A stretch of 64,000 nucleotides of DNA from an uncultured Gammaproteobacteria bacterium (GCA_945787155.1 CALZHD010000001.1:16817-80816), one strand, 5' to 3'; shown: positions 10,539-26,837, counted from the stretch's first letter. Numbers and translations: made by a program. The notes: a model not told the origin generated them from the sequence alone.

Positions 10539-11789
10539 CTACTCTTTAACATCTTTAACATCTTTAACATCTTTAACATCTTTAACATCTTTAACATCGT
10601 CTTTGATTAGTGGCAGGCGTATCACAAATGTCGTACCACTGTGCTGTTGTATTGATGATGACTCAATCCAGATTGCGCCATCATGCGCATGAACAATCGC
10701 CTGAACCACTGCCAATCCCAATCCGGTACCTTGAGGTTTTGTGGTAAAAAAAGGCTCAAAAATGCGCTCCTGCATCTTTGCAGAAATCCCACGACCATTA
10801 TCACTTACATAAATATCGATCGTATCTTCTGTGACATTGCAGCAGACTACTTTAATCCAGCCACTGATTTGATGCACTGTGCCTGACTCATCATCGTCGG
10901 CATCACAAGCCTGAATAGCATTTGAAACAAGATTTTGTAGTACTGCGGAGAGTGCCTCATGATGTCCTGAAATCTTGACATCAACACTGTTGATAATCTC
11001 AAGTGTGCAGGCTTTTTCTTCTAATTGAGGTAACATCATCTGCTGTAACTCATCCATGAGTGTTGAAACCTTTACCTCATCCGCACTGAAGTTTCCACCG
11101 CGCGCAAATACCAACATGTCATTTACGAGGTGTTCTAGATGTTTCAAACGAGAAATAATTTGCGCTGCATAGCGTGAACGTCGCCCCTGGTCTAAGTCAT
11201 CACGTTTAAGGTGTGACGCGTAAAGCAGACTTGAAGCCAGCGGAGTGCGAATTTGATGCGCAATCGAAGCCACCATCTCACCCATGGCGGAAAGACGCTG
11301 ATGCCGACTCAACAGTGCCTGCATCGCACGCGCCTCAGTGACATCAGTTAAAAGAACAATTTGTCCAGGGGCATCGCCAGACGGGCGTGTCGCAATATTG
11401 ACAATGCGGCCATCCTTCAGCGGCACATCATCACCCTGAGAGGTTGCTTGAAAAACCTGGGAAACCACATCGCGCCACAACCGGCTTAACAGAGGCTCAC
11501 CAATCAGTTCGATTGCTGCACGATTGCATTGCTGCACATAACCATCACCGTCCAGTACGATCACCGCAGCGGGCAAAGCATCCAGCAGGTCTTCAAAACG
11601 CCTGATGATTTGTTCATTGTCGGTATCGCGAAAAAAACGACGACTACGTTCGATTGCCAGCTCGCCGGTCAGTTGGCCAACTCGATCTTCCAGAACACGA
11701 TAGCTATTTACCAGTTGATCCGAGGCTTGACTAAAGAGACTAAAGGCGTGCTTTAACTCCCCGGTATTACGTACATTCTGTTGACCCAT
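10539..11789 (-). CDS. fleS: Sensor histidine kinase FleS/FlrB (PAS + HisKA + HATPase_c), C-terminal (VKD)n repeat
   Basis: H-box SIAHQIRTPL and HATPase motifs (DNGRGI, GTGLGL). The C-terminus ends KDDVKDVKDVKDVKDVKDVKE. Confidence 0.8.
   Translation of the reverse strand: MGQQNVRNTGELKHAFSLFSQASDQLVNSYRVLEDRVGQLTGELAIERSRRFFRDTDNEQIIRRFEDLLDALPAAVIVLDGDGYVQQCNRAAIELIGEPLLSRLWRDVVSQVFQATSQGDDVPLKDGRIVNIATRPSGDAPGQIVLLTDVTEARAMQALLSRHQRLSAMGEMVASIAHQIRTPLASSLLYASHLKRDDLDQGRRSRYAAQIISRLKHLEHLVNDMLVFARGGNFSADEVKVSTLMDELQQMMLPQLEEKACTLEIINSVDVKISGHHEALSAVLQNLVSNAIQACDADDDESGTVHQISGWIKVVCCNVTEDTIDIYVSDNGRGISAKMQERIFEPFFTTKPQGTGLGLAVVQAIVHAHDGAIWIESSSIQQHSGTTFVIRLPLIKDDVKDVKDVKDVKDVKDVKE
10542..10598. 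repeat. 9-bp tandem repeat (atctttaac) x about 6 at the 3' end of fleS
   Basis: Five perfect and one or two imperfect 9-nt units, encoding the (VKD)n C-terminal tail of FleS. Confidence 0.9.
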
Positions 11790-11844
11790 ACCAATACTGC
11801 CCTCTTAAAAAACCACGAAGAATCAGATCCTTCGTATAACAAAG

Positions 11845-11861
11845 AGCAATAACTGTGCCGG
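11845..11861 (-). promoter_or_regulatory. Sigma-54 promoter candidate upstream of fleS-fleR
   Basis: The gene strand reads CGGCACagttaTTGCT (GG-N10-GC spacing correct), about 45 nt upstream of the fleS start. Confidence 0.55.
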
Positions 11862-11920
11862 CTTTACTAATTACTTAAAATTCAATAAGATATGGATAAG
11901 ATAAAAATAAACAGTCAAAT

Positions 11921-13369
11921 TTATGTCGCTTCATCCGAGCGCTGCAGCCCATATTTACGCAACTTCTCAACGAGCGTTGTACGACGCAGGCGCAAACGAT
12001 TGGCAGCATGCGCTACAACACCATCAGCATCATCCAATGCCTGCTTAATCAAATTATATTCCAGATTACTCAAATGCTCTTTTAGATCAATACCGTCCTG
12101 TGGCAATCTTGGAGTATCCAGAAGATCAATAGAAGCAGCACTAGGGGCGGTGTCATAAATGGCATTCTCCTGTATTGCCGCCGTCAGCGCACTGGTATCA
12201 GTACCGATATCGACCTGAAACTTCTGAGGCAAATCATGCACGTCGACCACACCATAGGGATGCATAATCACCAGACGTTCAATCATATTAGCAAGCTCGC
12301 GTACATTTCCAGGCCAATGATACTGACATAGTGCGACCACTGCCGCCTGAGTCAGACGAACTGAACCGCGTTTTTCATGCTCAAGTCGTTTAACCAGCTC
12401 ATTAACCAATAGAGGTACATCCTCAATGCGCTCACGCAATGGGGGCATATCGATTGGAAATACATTCAAACGATAAAAAAGATCCTCACGGAATTTGCCA
12501 TCTTTGATCGCCTCTTCCAGATTACGGTGAGTCGCCGCAACAATGCGCACATTGGACTCAATGGTCTTGTTACTACCGACACGCTCAAAGGTTCGCTCTT
12601 GCAGCACTCGCAGTAGTTTAACCTGCATCTGCACGCTCATATCTCCAATCTCATCAAGAAACAGCGTGCCACCCTCTGCCAGCTCGAAGCGCCCCTGGCG
12701 CGCACTAATCGCGCCAGTAAAGGCCCCCTTTTCATGTCCAAAGAGTTCACTCTCCAGTAATTCTGACGGAATAGCACCGCAATTAATTGGTACAAAAGGC
12801 TTGCCTCTGCGTTCGGAATGGTAATGCACATTACGGGCAACGACCTCCTTACCAGTACCCGACTCACCCAGAATCAGCACAGTTGCATCTGAACCGGCAA
12901 CCTGTTCAATTTGCTTTCTGACCTGCCGTACACTCCGACTATTACCTACCAGACTACGAAATAATTCCGGCGAGTGTGCGCCCTGACGCTTGGTATGGCT
13001 CTGACGAAATATCTGCGCCTGCTGTATCGCAGCGGTCAGGTCACGATATTTAACTGGATATTTGATGTGCCCCAGAATCCCGGCAGCCAGTTCAGTGGGT
13101 AGCTGAAGATTGTCACGACTATCCACCAGCAGAAAGACAGGGACATGCTCACCCCACGTCTTCAAGGCCTGCATGAGCGCAGGCAGTTCAGCGCTTACCG
13201 ATGCGGCCACGATAACCACACCAACATCATCAGCATTACATGTTGTCGGCTTCCACTCATCCTGCGTGGTTAATGTTACATCGGTACAATCGATGAACTC
13301 AAAAATAGCCTTTAAATCCTCATGACCACCTTCATTAGGATCAATAATCAGGACTGACTCCATTTTCAA
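11921..13369 (-). CDS. fleQ: Sigma-54-dependent flagellar master regulator FleQ/FlrA
   Basis: Degenerate REC-like N-domain, AAA+ sigma-54 activator core (GESGTGKE, GAFTGA) and C-terminal HTH. Sits at the head of the fleSR region as in Pseudomonas. Confidence 0.85.
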   Translation of the reverse strand: MKMESVLIIDPNEGGHEDLKAIFEFIDCTDVTLTTQDEWKPTTCNADDVGVVIVAASVSAELPALMQALKTWGEHVPVFLLVDSRDNLQLPTELAAGILGHIKYPVKYRDLTAAIQQAQIFRQSHTKRQGAHSPELFRSLVGNSRSVRQVRKQIEQVAGSDATVLILGESGTGKEVVARNVHYHSERRGKPFVPINCGAIPSELLESELFGHEKGAFTGAISARQGRFELAEGGTLFLDEIGDMSVQMQVKLLRVLQERTFERVGSNKTIESNVRIVAATHRNLEEAIKDGKFREDLFYRLNVFPIDMPPLRERIEDVPLLVNELVKRLEHEKRGSVRLTQAAVVALCQYHWPGNVRELANMIERLVIMHPYGVVDVHDLPQKFQVDIGTDTSALTAAIQENAIYDTAPSAASIDLLDTPRLPQDGIDLKEHLSNLEYNLIKQALDDADGVVAHAANRLRLRRTTLVEKLRKYGLQRSDEAT

Positions 13370-13560
13370 CTTCCCCTCAAATCGATTGTTCCACGCATAA
13401 GTGATGCAAACCCCAGCCCCTACTAAAAATCGCAGTAGTACGTCAAAAAACTGTCACAAGAAACATAACATACCCGAGGTAGTGGGTCAACAAACCACAA
13501 CTTACTGATATAAAAAAGCTTTATATATTTGACTCGTTTATGGTCGCAGCTACAGAGAAA

Positions 13561-14166
13561 CTACTGAGAATCTTCGTCCCTTATTTTAGAGTCACGCCGT
13601 GACTGAGCGATACTACGCCGATGCTGTCTAAAAATAAGCTTCTCAAGGCCGGACTGAACTAAATCACTCATAGTCTCGTAAACTAGATGAATGAGATATT
13701 TTCCACTGGAACCTTGAATAGTCTTCACACTTATTATCTGGCCAATAACAATAAAAGGTCGCGGATATTTATGATGCAAATAGAGCGATAACTCTAAAAG
13801 CGCTCCTTCTCTCGGTGGCGCCTCTGAAATCCATTCAACTCCAGCAGAACCAAGCGTGATCGGCATCGATTCAGGCATGGCTGTCTCACGAATCACCAGC
13901 TGAGTCACCATGTCCAGCAGCAAATTAAGCTTATATTCGATACGGTTCAAATCAGAACCGGAACTACTACCGGTTTCATCTTGACCATCACCATGAAACT
14001 CATCCAGTGTCGCTATGAAACGTAACACCTCTTCGTTCGAGTCTTGAATTCTGAGATAGGAAAACGCCAATTCCTCCCTATCAATATCACGCCATTCCAG
14101 CGGCATGACATCTTTATATATAACACCTTCTCCAAGTTGTTCGTGATTGTCATCATCCATATTCAT
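13561..14166 (-). CDS. Hypothetical acidic protein inside the flagellar regulon (between fliT and fleQ)
   Basis: 201-aa ORF, clearly coding, with no recognisable catalytic motif. The C-terminal half has weak PilZ-like features but no canonical RxxxR...DxSxGG. Confidence 0.4.
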   Translation of the reverse strand: MNMDDDNHEQLGEGVIYKDVMPLEWRDIDREELAFSYLRIQDSNEEVLRFIATLDEFHGDGQDETGSSSGSDLNRIEYKLNLLLDMVTQLVIRETAMPESMPITLGSAGVEWISEAPPREGALLELSLYLHHKYPRPFIVIGQIISVKTIQGSSGKYLIHLVYETMSDLVQSGLEKLIFRQHRRSIAQSRRDSKIRDEDSQ

Positions 14167-14243
14167 AGCACTCTAAGATACAGGATATGTAACTCACCAG
14201 GCAACCATCTTCCATTTACAACTACACCAACACTAGTAAGCTG

Positions 14244-14606
14244 CTACTTATTTGATGAGTTGTACGCTTGCGACGCCTGCTTTCCACGACTGATCTTTTG
14301 TGAATTTCTTAAGATATTCTGCTGTTCAGATAAACTTAACATGATAATTTTCTTATCAGTAGCTAACACCTCTAAAATAGTGCTCGCAACATACTCGACC
14401 TCTTCAACTGAGGGTGTTACTTCAAAAAAGGAATAAATTAGATCACCGCGCTCTGCTTCAAGCTTACTCACATCGTCCCACCGCTGCTGCTTCACTAAAT
14501 ACAACATCTTTTTTGTCAGCGCTTTAATTATATCAAGCTGTGCAATACGGTCTTTTATGGCAGTAATAATCACCTTAGTATCAACATCGACCATCTGAGC
14601 ACTCAT
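14244..14606 (-). CDS. fliT: Flagellar chaperone FliT-like protein
   Basis: 120-aa all-helical protein immediately downstream of fliS, as in Pseudomonas fleP/fliT. Assigned by composition and position. Confidence 0.5.
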   Translation of the reverse strand: MSAQMVDVDTKVIITAIKDRIAQLDIIKALTKKMLYLVKQQRWDDVSKLEAERGDLIYSFFEVTPSVEEVEYVASTILEVLATDKKIIMLSLSEQQNILRNSQKISRGKQASQAYNSSNK

Positions 14607-14626
14607 TGCTAATATCTCAGCAGCAT

Positions 14627-15082
14627 CTAACGACCACTGGATGCTGTTTGATCATCCTCACCTTTCGCCTTACGAGCATGATCCATCACAATATCTTCAG
14701 GAATCGCATCCCATGCGCCTTTAATTTCATTCAGCAGTTTTGTCACCTCATCCAGTAAGCTCACATCATTTTTCAGATTGGCCTGTAACAAGATATGCCC
14801 CATGTACTCATAAAGATTATCCAGATTCTGCGCAATCTCTCCCCCCATTCGCTTATCAAGACTGACACGCAAACCTTCAACAATCGAAATTGCGATACTA
14901 ATATTCTCTCCTTTCTTGGCAACCTCATTTTGTTCCATGTGTAATTTTGCGGTTGCGACCTTCTCCAGAGCCCCCGCCATCAACATCTGGATCAATCGAT
15001 GTGGTGTCGCACTCTCAATACCCCCTTGAACACTCACCTTCTTGTATTGATCCATGCCCGACTGTCTGCTCGAAAAACTCAT
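14627..15082 (-). CDS. fliS: Flagellin-specific chaperone FliS
   Basis: 151-aa FliS family sequence, downstream of fliD. Confidence 0.85.
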   Translation of the reverse strand: MSFSSRQSGMDQYKKVSVQGGIESATPHRLIQMLMAGALEKVATAKLHMEQNEVAKKGENISIAISIVEGLRVSLDKRMGGEIAQNLDNLYEYMGHILLQANLKNDVSLLDEVTKLLNEIKGAWDAIPEDIVMDHARKAKGEDDQTASSGR

Positions 15083-15132
15083 TGCCTGCTCTCCGTCACG
15101 TTAATCCTTATCATTATGATTTTTCCATACTA

Positions 15133-17142
15133 CTATTTTTTCCTTGCGCCAATCGTTGGCAGGGTTTCCAGTTGTTGGCTCAGAAAATTGCCTGTCCCCT
15201 GTAGTTGACTCACCAACTGATCCATCGCTAAAAACTGTGCAAACAACCTACTTTCAAGTGCCGACATCCGACCGCCCAGCGTCTCTCTAGCCTCACCAAT
15301 ACCATCAATTCTATCTTCGATGCCATCGATTCTGGCATTGAGCGCTCCCTTTGAATCAAGCATACCATCAATCAGCGTACTCAATTTATCGGCAATACCA
15401 CGTGCAAATGAAACGGTACCATGAGCACCCAAAGTGCCATCAAGGATCTCAACCTTCAAACCATCTGCATTCACACTACCGGTCAGAAACCGTCCTGAGC
15501 CTGTAGCAGCCTGTCCACCGATGGTACCCGCCACATTAAGCCCCGCGATACCAGCCCCCGCACTCAGGCCAAAACCACTGCCTTCTACAGAATTAATATT
15601 GACCTTCGATGCATCGCCATAGCGCGTAGAAGAAATCACAAAATGCTCATTACTTGCAGTGTCATCAAAGGTCACATTCGCCGAGACACCTTCATCTTTT
15701 AGCGCAGAGACACCATTTATACGTGCCTGTAACTCACTTGCCAGGGAGGCGCCACTATAAGTGCCCTGAGTTAGAGTAATGACTCCAGTTTGCTTTCCAT
15801 CAACGGTAAACGAAAGCGTGTCATTATTTCCATCGATGACGATTGATCCTGTATATCCAAAGGTTTCCCCGGTAACGGCTCCCTGAGTGGCTGCCTGTGT
15901 GATGTCAATCGCGTACTCGCCCGGCTTAGTATTGTTTGACGAGCTGATAAAACTAACCTGACTACTGCTCAATTGCCCTGCGGACGCAAAGAGATAGCCT
16001 ACTGCATCTGGATTACTCGCAACAGCGGCATCCAGTTTAGTATTATCAATCACTAATTTCCCATCACGCTCAGTGGTAATGCCCAACTCTGCCAGTGATT
16101 GATAATTACTTGCCAACCCTTCGATCGTATCGTTTACCTCACGCCGCAGTTGCCCTCCGACACTGCGCAAAACGCTATCTCCCAGTAAGATTCCACCCTG
16201 CTGGGTATCGGCATCAAATCGGTTGAGCTCATTCATAATGCCCAGCAGAGCATTGTATTCGGTAACAAAGTTTTGCACTGCATTGGTGACCGTACTGTTG
16301 CTACGAGCAACATCAACATTCACTGCTCCATCCGCTTCAAGCTGCGCCTTTTTAAGGTTCAGAGTTACCCCATTAATCGCCTCGTTGACCACATTGGTAC
16401 TACTGGTCACCGCCAGACCATTGATAGTCAATAAGGCATCCTGCCCTGCCAGGGTCTGCTCAAGATTGGTCGCAGTACTATTAAATTCTAGCGCGGAGAG
16501 ACTGGCATCATCCACCGTTACTTCCATACTGCTGGCTGCACCGGTATCTGTTGAAGTATAGGTCAAACGATAATCTGAACCATCATAAATAATGCTGGCT
16601 GAGACGCCAATATTGGCATTATTCACCGCATCACGCACCCCCTCCAATGAGTTATTGGTAGCGTCAATGGTCACGGTTTTAGTAGGTTTGTCAGCGTTCT
16701 GCGTAAATGAGGTATAGCTATCGGAATCTTTGTCATAAACCGTGGTGCCAAACTTGAAGGTCACGGTACCCGCCCCGACCACATCAGCCACGCTATTGAA
16801 GCCAGTCGTCACCAGGGTATGCGCCTGTGCTAGATTGCTCACCTTGATGCTATAACTAGAATTAGCCGCCTTATCAGTCGCATCTGCAGTCACAATATCG
16901 GCATCTGATGAGCTAGTGGAAACAGAATTGAAGCTGCTTATCGATGAAATTGAATTCAGCGCGCCATTAAATGACGAGAGTGCCCCTTTCAATGAACCAT
17001 ATGCGGTAAGTTGAGCTTGAAACGTGGCTTCTTTAAAATCGAGACGATTAGAAGTTGGCGCTCGTTCGGCCTCAATGATCGAAGTAACCAGACCATTGAT
17101 ATCCAGGCCCGAACCGATACCTGGTGATGAAATAGATGCCAT
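15133..17142 (-). CDS. fliD: Flagellar filament cap protein FliD (HAP2)
   Basis: 669 aa with conserved FliD N- and C-terminal coiled-coil regions and a long Thr/Ser/Gly-rich central region. Confidence 0.85.
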   Translation of the reverse strand: MASISSPGIGSGLDINGLVTSIIEAERAPTSNRLDFKEATFQAQLTAYGSLKGALSSFNGALNSISSISSFNSVSTSSSDADIVTADATDKAANSSYSIKVSNLAQAHTLVTTGFNSVADVVGAGTVTFKFGTTVYDKDSDSYTSFTQNADKPTKTVTIDATNNSLEGVRDAVNNANIGVSASIIYDGSDYRLTYTSTDTGAASSMEVTVDDASLSALEFNSTATNLEQTLAGQDALLTINGLAVTSSTNVVNEAINGVTLNLKKAQLEADGAVNVDVARSNSTVTNAVQNFVTEYNALLGIMNELNRFDADTQQGGILLGDSVLRSVGGQLRREVNDTIEGLASNYQSLAELGITTERDGKLVIDNTKLDAAVASNPDAVGYLFASAGQLSSSQVSFISSSNNTKPGEYAIDITQAATQGAVTGETFGYTGSIVIDGNNDTLSFTVDGKQTGVITLTQGTYSGASLASELQARINGVSALKDEGVSANVTFDDTASNEHFVISSTRYGDASKVNINSVEGSGFGLSAGAGIAGLNVAGTIGGQAATGSGRFLTGSVNADGLKVEILDGTLGAHGTVSFARGIADKLSTLIDGMLDSKGALNARIDGIEDRIDGIGEARETLGGRMSALESRLFAQFLAMDQLVSQLQGTGNFLSQQLETLPTIGARKK

Positions 17143-17221
17143 ATCGCCCTCTTTTTACTACTTTTACTTAAATCGCCCTTCACCCAGCTGTTAAGTGAAG
17201 GTCTTTACCTCATAAATAATA

Positions 17222-17238
17222 AGCAATTTTTAGGCCAT
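17222..17238 (-). promoter_or_regulatory. Sigma-54 promoter candidate upstream of fliD
   Basis: The gene strand reads TGGCCTaaaaaTTGCT against TGGCAC-N5-TTGCA, in the flaG-fliD intergenic region. Confidence 0.5.
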
Positions 17239-17266
17239 CCAAGAAAAATCTCTTAATATTTTTGTT

Positions 17267-17686
17267 TTAGGCTTTATCATTAATCAGCGATGCACCACCT
17301 ACTTCATTGAAATGGCGTACGAGATTAAGGAATTCCTCTGATGGTATTTGTCGAATAACCTCTTCCGATTCAACATCGTAAACAGTAATAACAGTATGAT
17401 CAGAACCTTCATCAATGGTAAATTCCAGGCCACGACGAATATTCTGCACGTGATCACTCATACGACTGACTGCCTCGGAAAGTTTTGAAATTTCTGCGAC
17501 AGCAGAAGGGTCTTCATTTAAAACAGATGGCAAAGATTGGTTACCGCTGCTAGATTCAGCTTGCCGCCCACTATCTACCAGCTTCACTGTCGGAGTCTCT
17601 GTAGTAGGTGGACCCACTATCGGCCTTACCTGGCTCGAAGAATGTATCACGTCCGCTGTGACCCGCGTTCCAAGGTCAATAGACAT
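17267..17686 (-). CDS. flaG: Flagellar protein FlaG
   Basis: 139-aa protein with conserved FlaG C-terminal block (FTIDEGSDHTVITVYDVESEEVIRQIPSEEFL), between fliC and fliD. Confidence 0.75.
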   Translation of the reverse strand: MSIDLGTRVTADVIHSSSQVRPIVGPPTTETPTVKLVDSGRQAESSSGNQSLPSVLNEDPSAVAEISKLSEAVSRMSDHVQNIRRGLEFTIDEGSDHTVITVYDVESEEVIRQIPSEEFLNLVRHFNEVGGASLINDKA

Positions 17687-17728
17687 GAATCGTACCTCCT
17701 ATCGTTAACATAAAACTTCTCAGGAAAT

Positions 17729-17752
17729 GGTCCGGGGCATACGCCCCGAACC
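17729..17752 (-). terminator. GC-rich stem-loop downstream of fliC (probable fliC terminator)
   Basis: GGTCCGGGGC-atac-GCCCCGAACC, a 10-bp stem with one mismatch, 15 nt after the fliC stop; the downstream U-tract is weak. Confidence 0.5.
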
Positions 17753-17766
17753 GGTTCCATTTACAC

Positions 17767-19884
17767 TTACTGCAGCAGTGACAACACTAACTGTGGCAAT
17801 GAATTTGCCTGTGACAGAATTGAAACACCTGCCTGTTGCAGAATTTGTGAACGTGTCAGTGCCGCAGTTTCTTCCGCATAGTCTGTATCTCGAATTCGTG
17901 AACGCGCAGCGCTCAGATTCTCAGAGGAAGCTGCCAGATTAGCAATGGTCGATTCAAAACGATTTTGAACCGCACCCAGATCACCTCGCAGCGTGTTAAT
18001 CTGATCCAGTGCACCATCCATCAGGGCAATTGCAGAGTTCGCACCCGCCACCGTGGAGATGTCCACTGCATCAATGCTGCTCAGAGTAGAACTTGCAGAT
18101 GCCAGGCCAGCCTTAGTTGCATTATTACCTGCAATGGTGAACTGGGTAGAGGAATCCAGCGCCAGCGTACCCTTAACATTAAAGGCTACTGCCGCACCCG
18201 CAGTACCTGCAGTGGCAGCAGCAGTCGATACACCCGCCACACCGGCACCACTCTCAGTCACAGCAAGATTGCTCACGCCCGTTCCCAAAAGATCTGAGGT
18301 CAGGGTGATTGCAGCAGCGCCACCAGTAGCTTGAACATTAGTTCTAGCACCAGCATATTCTGCATTAACCGCTGTCAGGAAGTTTTGTGCAATCCCGGCA
18401 TCAGTGATGGCAAGGCTAACGCCTACATTACCTGTAGTGGCACCGGTACCATCAGCAGTGAACTCATACACCCGACCACCGACCGTGAGTGTTTCGCCAA
18501 AGGCAATACCTGCACCAGCTGTCGCTGCATTATTAATCGCGTAACCTGCGGTGCCATTAGTGATATCGGTATGATTCACTGCTGTACTGGTAAACACATC
18601 TGAGGTTAAGGTCATAGCTGCAGCAGTACCGTCTGCTGTAACATTACTCGTAGCACCATTAATTACAGCAGCGGCCTTAGTAGAAACTCCAGCAGCGGTA
18701 TCAGCCGCCGCATAGGCAATCGCGGTATTACCCGCTGTCACACCGAGACCATCTAAATCCATTTCAAAGGTTGTGCCTTGTATAGAGAAAGTATCCCCAT
18801 CGGTAGTAGCGCCACCTGCTAAAAAGGTAATATTAGAGACGCCCGCTGCACCACCGGCAAAGGTCGTCACACCGGTCGATTGAGTCGCCGCCGCACTTCG
18901 CACCTCTAACGCCGTTGCATTCTCGATCCGATCCAGACCATCGACACCGTTACTAGAAGTAATCTCGATATTTTTACCCGTTGTTGAGGTCAGCGTCAAA
19001 GCACCGGTGGCCAAATCTGCGGTAGCACTCACGCCGCTTTGAGACGACACATTATTAATGGCAGTGGCAACATTGGCACCCTGTGTCGCAACATTATTGG
19101 AACCTGTTACAGAACCAATGTTGACTCCATTAACTAATAAATCACCTGACTGCAAGGTCTGGTTACGTAACAAGGTATTCGTAATCGAAGAGGAAGTCGT
19201 TGTCGTAGCTGATGCCTTGACACCCGTTGTGGTGGTTACGCTATTGATCGCAGCGGCGATACTCTCAGCAGAACCTGAGGTAGAAACACCCACGTCTGTC
19301 CCATTGATAGTAAGATCACCACCCGCCAGCGCTGTACCACTCACAGCTGTCGCAGTATTTCCTACCTGATAAGAACCCAGTGCCGATGTCTGCGCATTGC
19401 CCACATTCACCAGAATGGTCTGATTAGCGTTAGCGCCTACCTGGAATTGTGCGCCCGTGAATGAACCATCAATAATGTTCTGACCATTAAACTGAGTGGT
19501 CGTCGCAACACGTTGCAACTCTGAGAGCAACTGGCTCGCCTCACCCTGCAGCGCAGTACGATCAGAGGCCGAGTTGGTGGAGTTCGCAGACTGAATCGCC
19601 AGCTCGCGCACACGTTGCAGAATATTGCCATACTCGCCCATCGCACCTTCAGCAGTCTGCGCCAGAGAGATGGCATCATTGGCGTTACGAGACGCCTGAT
19701 TAAGACCACGGATCTGGGTGGTGAATCGTTCTGAAATCGCGAGTCCCGCAGCATCATCCTTGGCACTGTTAATGCGCAGACCAGATGAAAGACGCTGGAG
19801 AGATACACCTAATTGAGATTGGCTATTATTGAGGTTACGTTGAGAATTTAACGAGGCAACATTAGTGTTAATAATTTGTGGCAT
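17767..19884 (-). CDS. fliC: Flagellin FliC, unusually long (about 705 aa) with Thr/Ala/Gly/Ser-rich central variable domain
   Basis: Canonical flagellin N-terminus ([18 protein letters not shown]...) and C-terminus (...[26 protein letters not shown]...). The true start is probably the MPQII Met rather than ORF-track position 19920. Confidence 0.9.
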   Translation of the reverse strand: MPQIINTNVASLNSQRNLNNSQSQLGVSLQRLSSGLRINSAKDDAAGLAISERFTTQIRGLNQASRNANDAISLAQTAEGAMGEYGNILQRVRELAIQSANSTNSASDRTALQGEASQLLSELQRVATTTQFNGQNIIDGSFTGAQFQVGANANQTILVNVGNAQTSALGSYQVGNTATAVSGTALAGGDLTINGTDVGVSTSGSAESIAAAINSVTTTTGVKASATTTTSSSITNTLLRNQTLQSGDLLVNGVNIGSVTGSNNVATQGANVATAINNVSSQSGVSATADLATGALTLTSTTGKNIEITSSNGVDGLDRIENATALEVRSAAATQSTGVTTFAGGAAGVSNITFLAGGATTDGDTFSIQGTTFEMDLDGLGVTAGNTAIAYAAADTAAGVSTKAAAVINGATSNVTADGTAAAMTLTSDVFTSTAVNHTDITNGTAGYAINNAATAGAGIAFGETLTVGGRVYEFTADGTGATTGNVGVSLAITDAGIAQNFLTAVNAEYAGARTNVQATGGAAAITLTSDLLGTGVSNLAVTESGAGVAGVSTAAATAGTAGAAVAFNVKGTLALDSSTQFTIAGNNATKAGLASASSTLSSIDAVDISTVAGANSAIALMDGALDQINTLRGDLGAVQNRFESTIANLAASSENLSAARSRIRDTDYAEETAALTRSQILQQAGVSILSQANSLPQLVLSLLQ

Positions 19885-20038
19885 TTTTTGCTTCTCCTTA
19901 CGGCTCCGGCATACATACAAACGTACAGCCTGCTCTTATAGACAGAGTAAGTGCTGTACATCAGCCCAGCACCGGAACTAAAGGTTTATCTTTAGCGGAT
20001 ATACTTATCAAAAAAAGTATTTACCGCTCCCAGTGATG

Positions 20039-20066
20039 TTATCGGAAAATCATAGATAATCTTTAG
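20039..20066 (-). promoter_or_regulatory. Sigma-28 (FliA) class promoter for fliC
   Basis: The gene strand reads TAAAGATT-N11-TCCGATAA against consensus TAAAGTTT-N11-GCCGATAA, about 155 nt upstream of the fliC start. Confidence 0.7.
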
Positions 20067-20213
20067 CACTAACTGACACCTCTGCCGCATAACCAGACAG
20101 TCATGAGCAATTAAATTAATATCAATATCAATTAGTTATTAATTACTTACTGATACCATCACAATATTAAGCGCCATCTAGCCAATCAACCCACCCGGCT
20201 CCTTTAAAATTAC

Positions 20214-20240
20214 TAAACACTGAACAACATCGCCCGATAT
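20214..20240 (+). promoter_or_regulatory. Weaker sigma-28-like promoter upstream of the TPR-GT41 gene
   Basis: TAAACACT-N11-CCCGATAT on the + strand, about 55 nt upstream of the 20293 start. Confidence 0.3.
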
Positions 20241-20292
20241 AGACAATATAAATGTAAGTTATTAATTTTAATAAAATTCAGGGGCCGATCGC

Positions 20293-26837
<6,545 letters not shown>

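Noticed and set aside
10543-10597. A short regular repeat that could be mistaken for a CRISPR-like array
   Set aside because: The unit is only 9 bp with no spacers and lies in-frame inside fleS. It is a coding microsatellite, not a CRISPR.
18053-19369. Several 70-110-aa ORFs on the + strand inside fliC (e.g. 18053..18334, 19058..19369)
   Set aside because: They are antisense to the clearly coding flagellin gene. Their Ala/Val/Pro-rich translations are what the reverse strand of Thr/Ala/Gly-rich codons typically gives, and none has an RBS.
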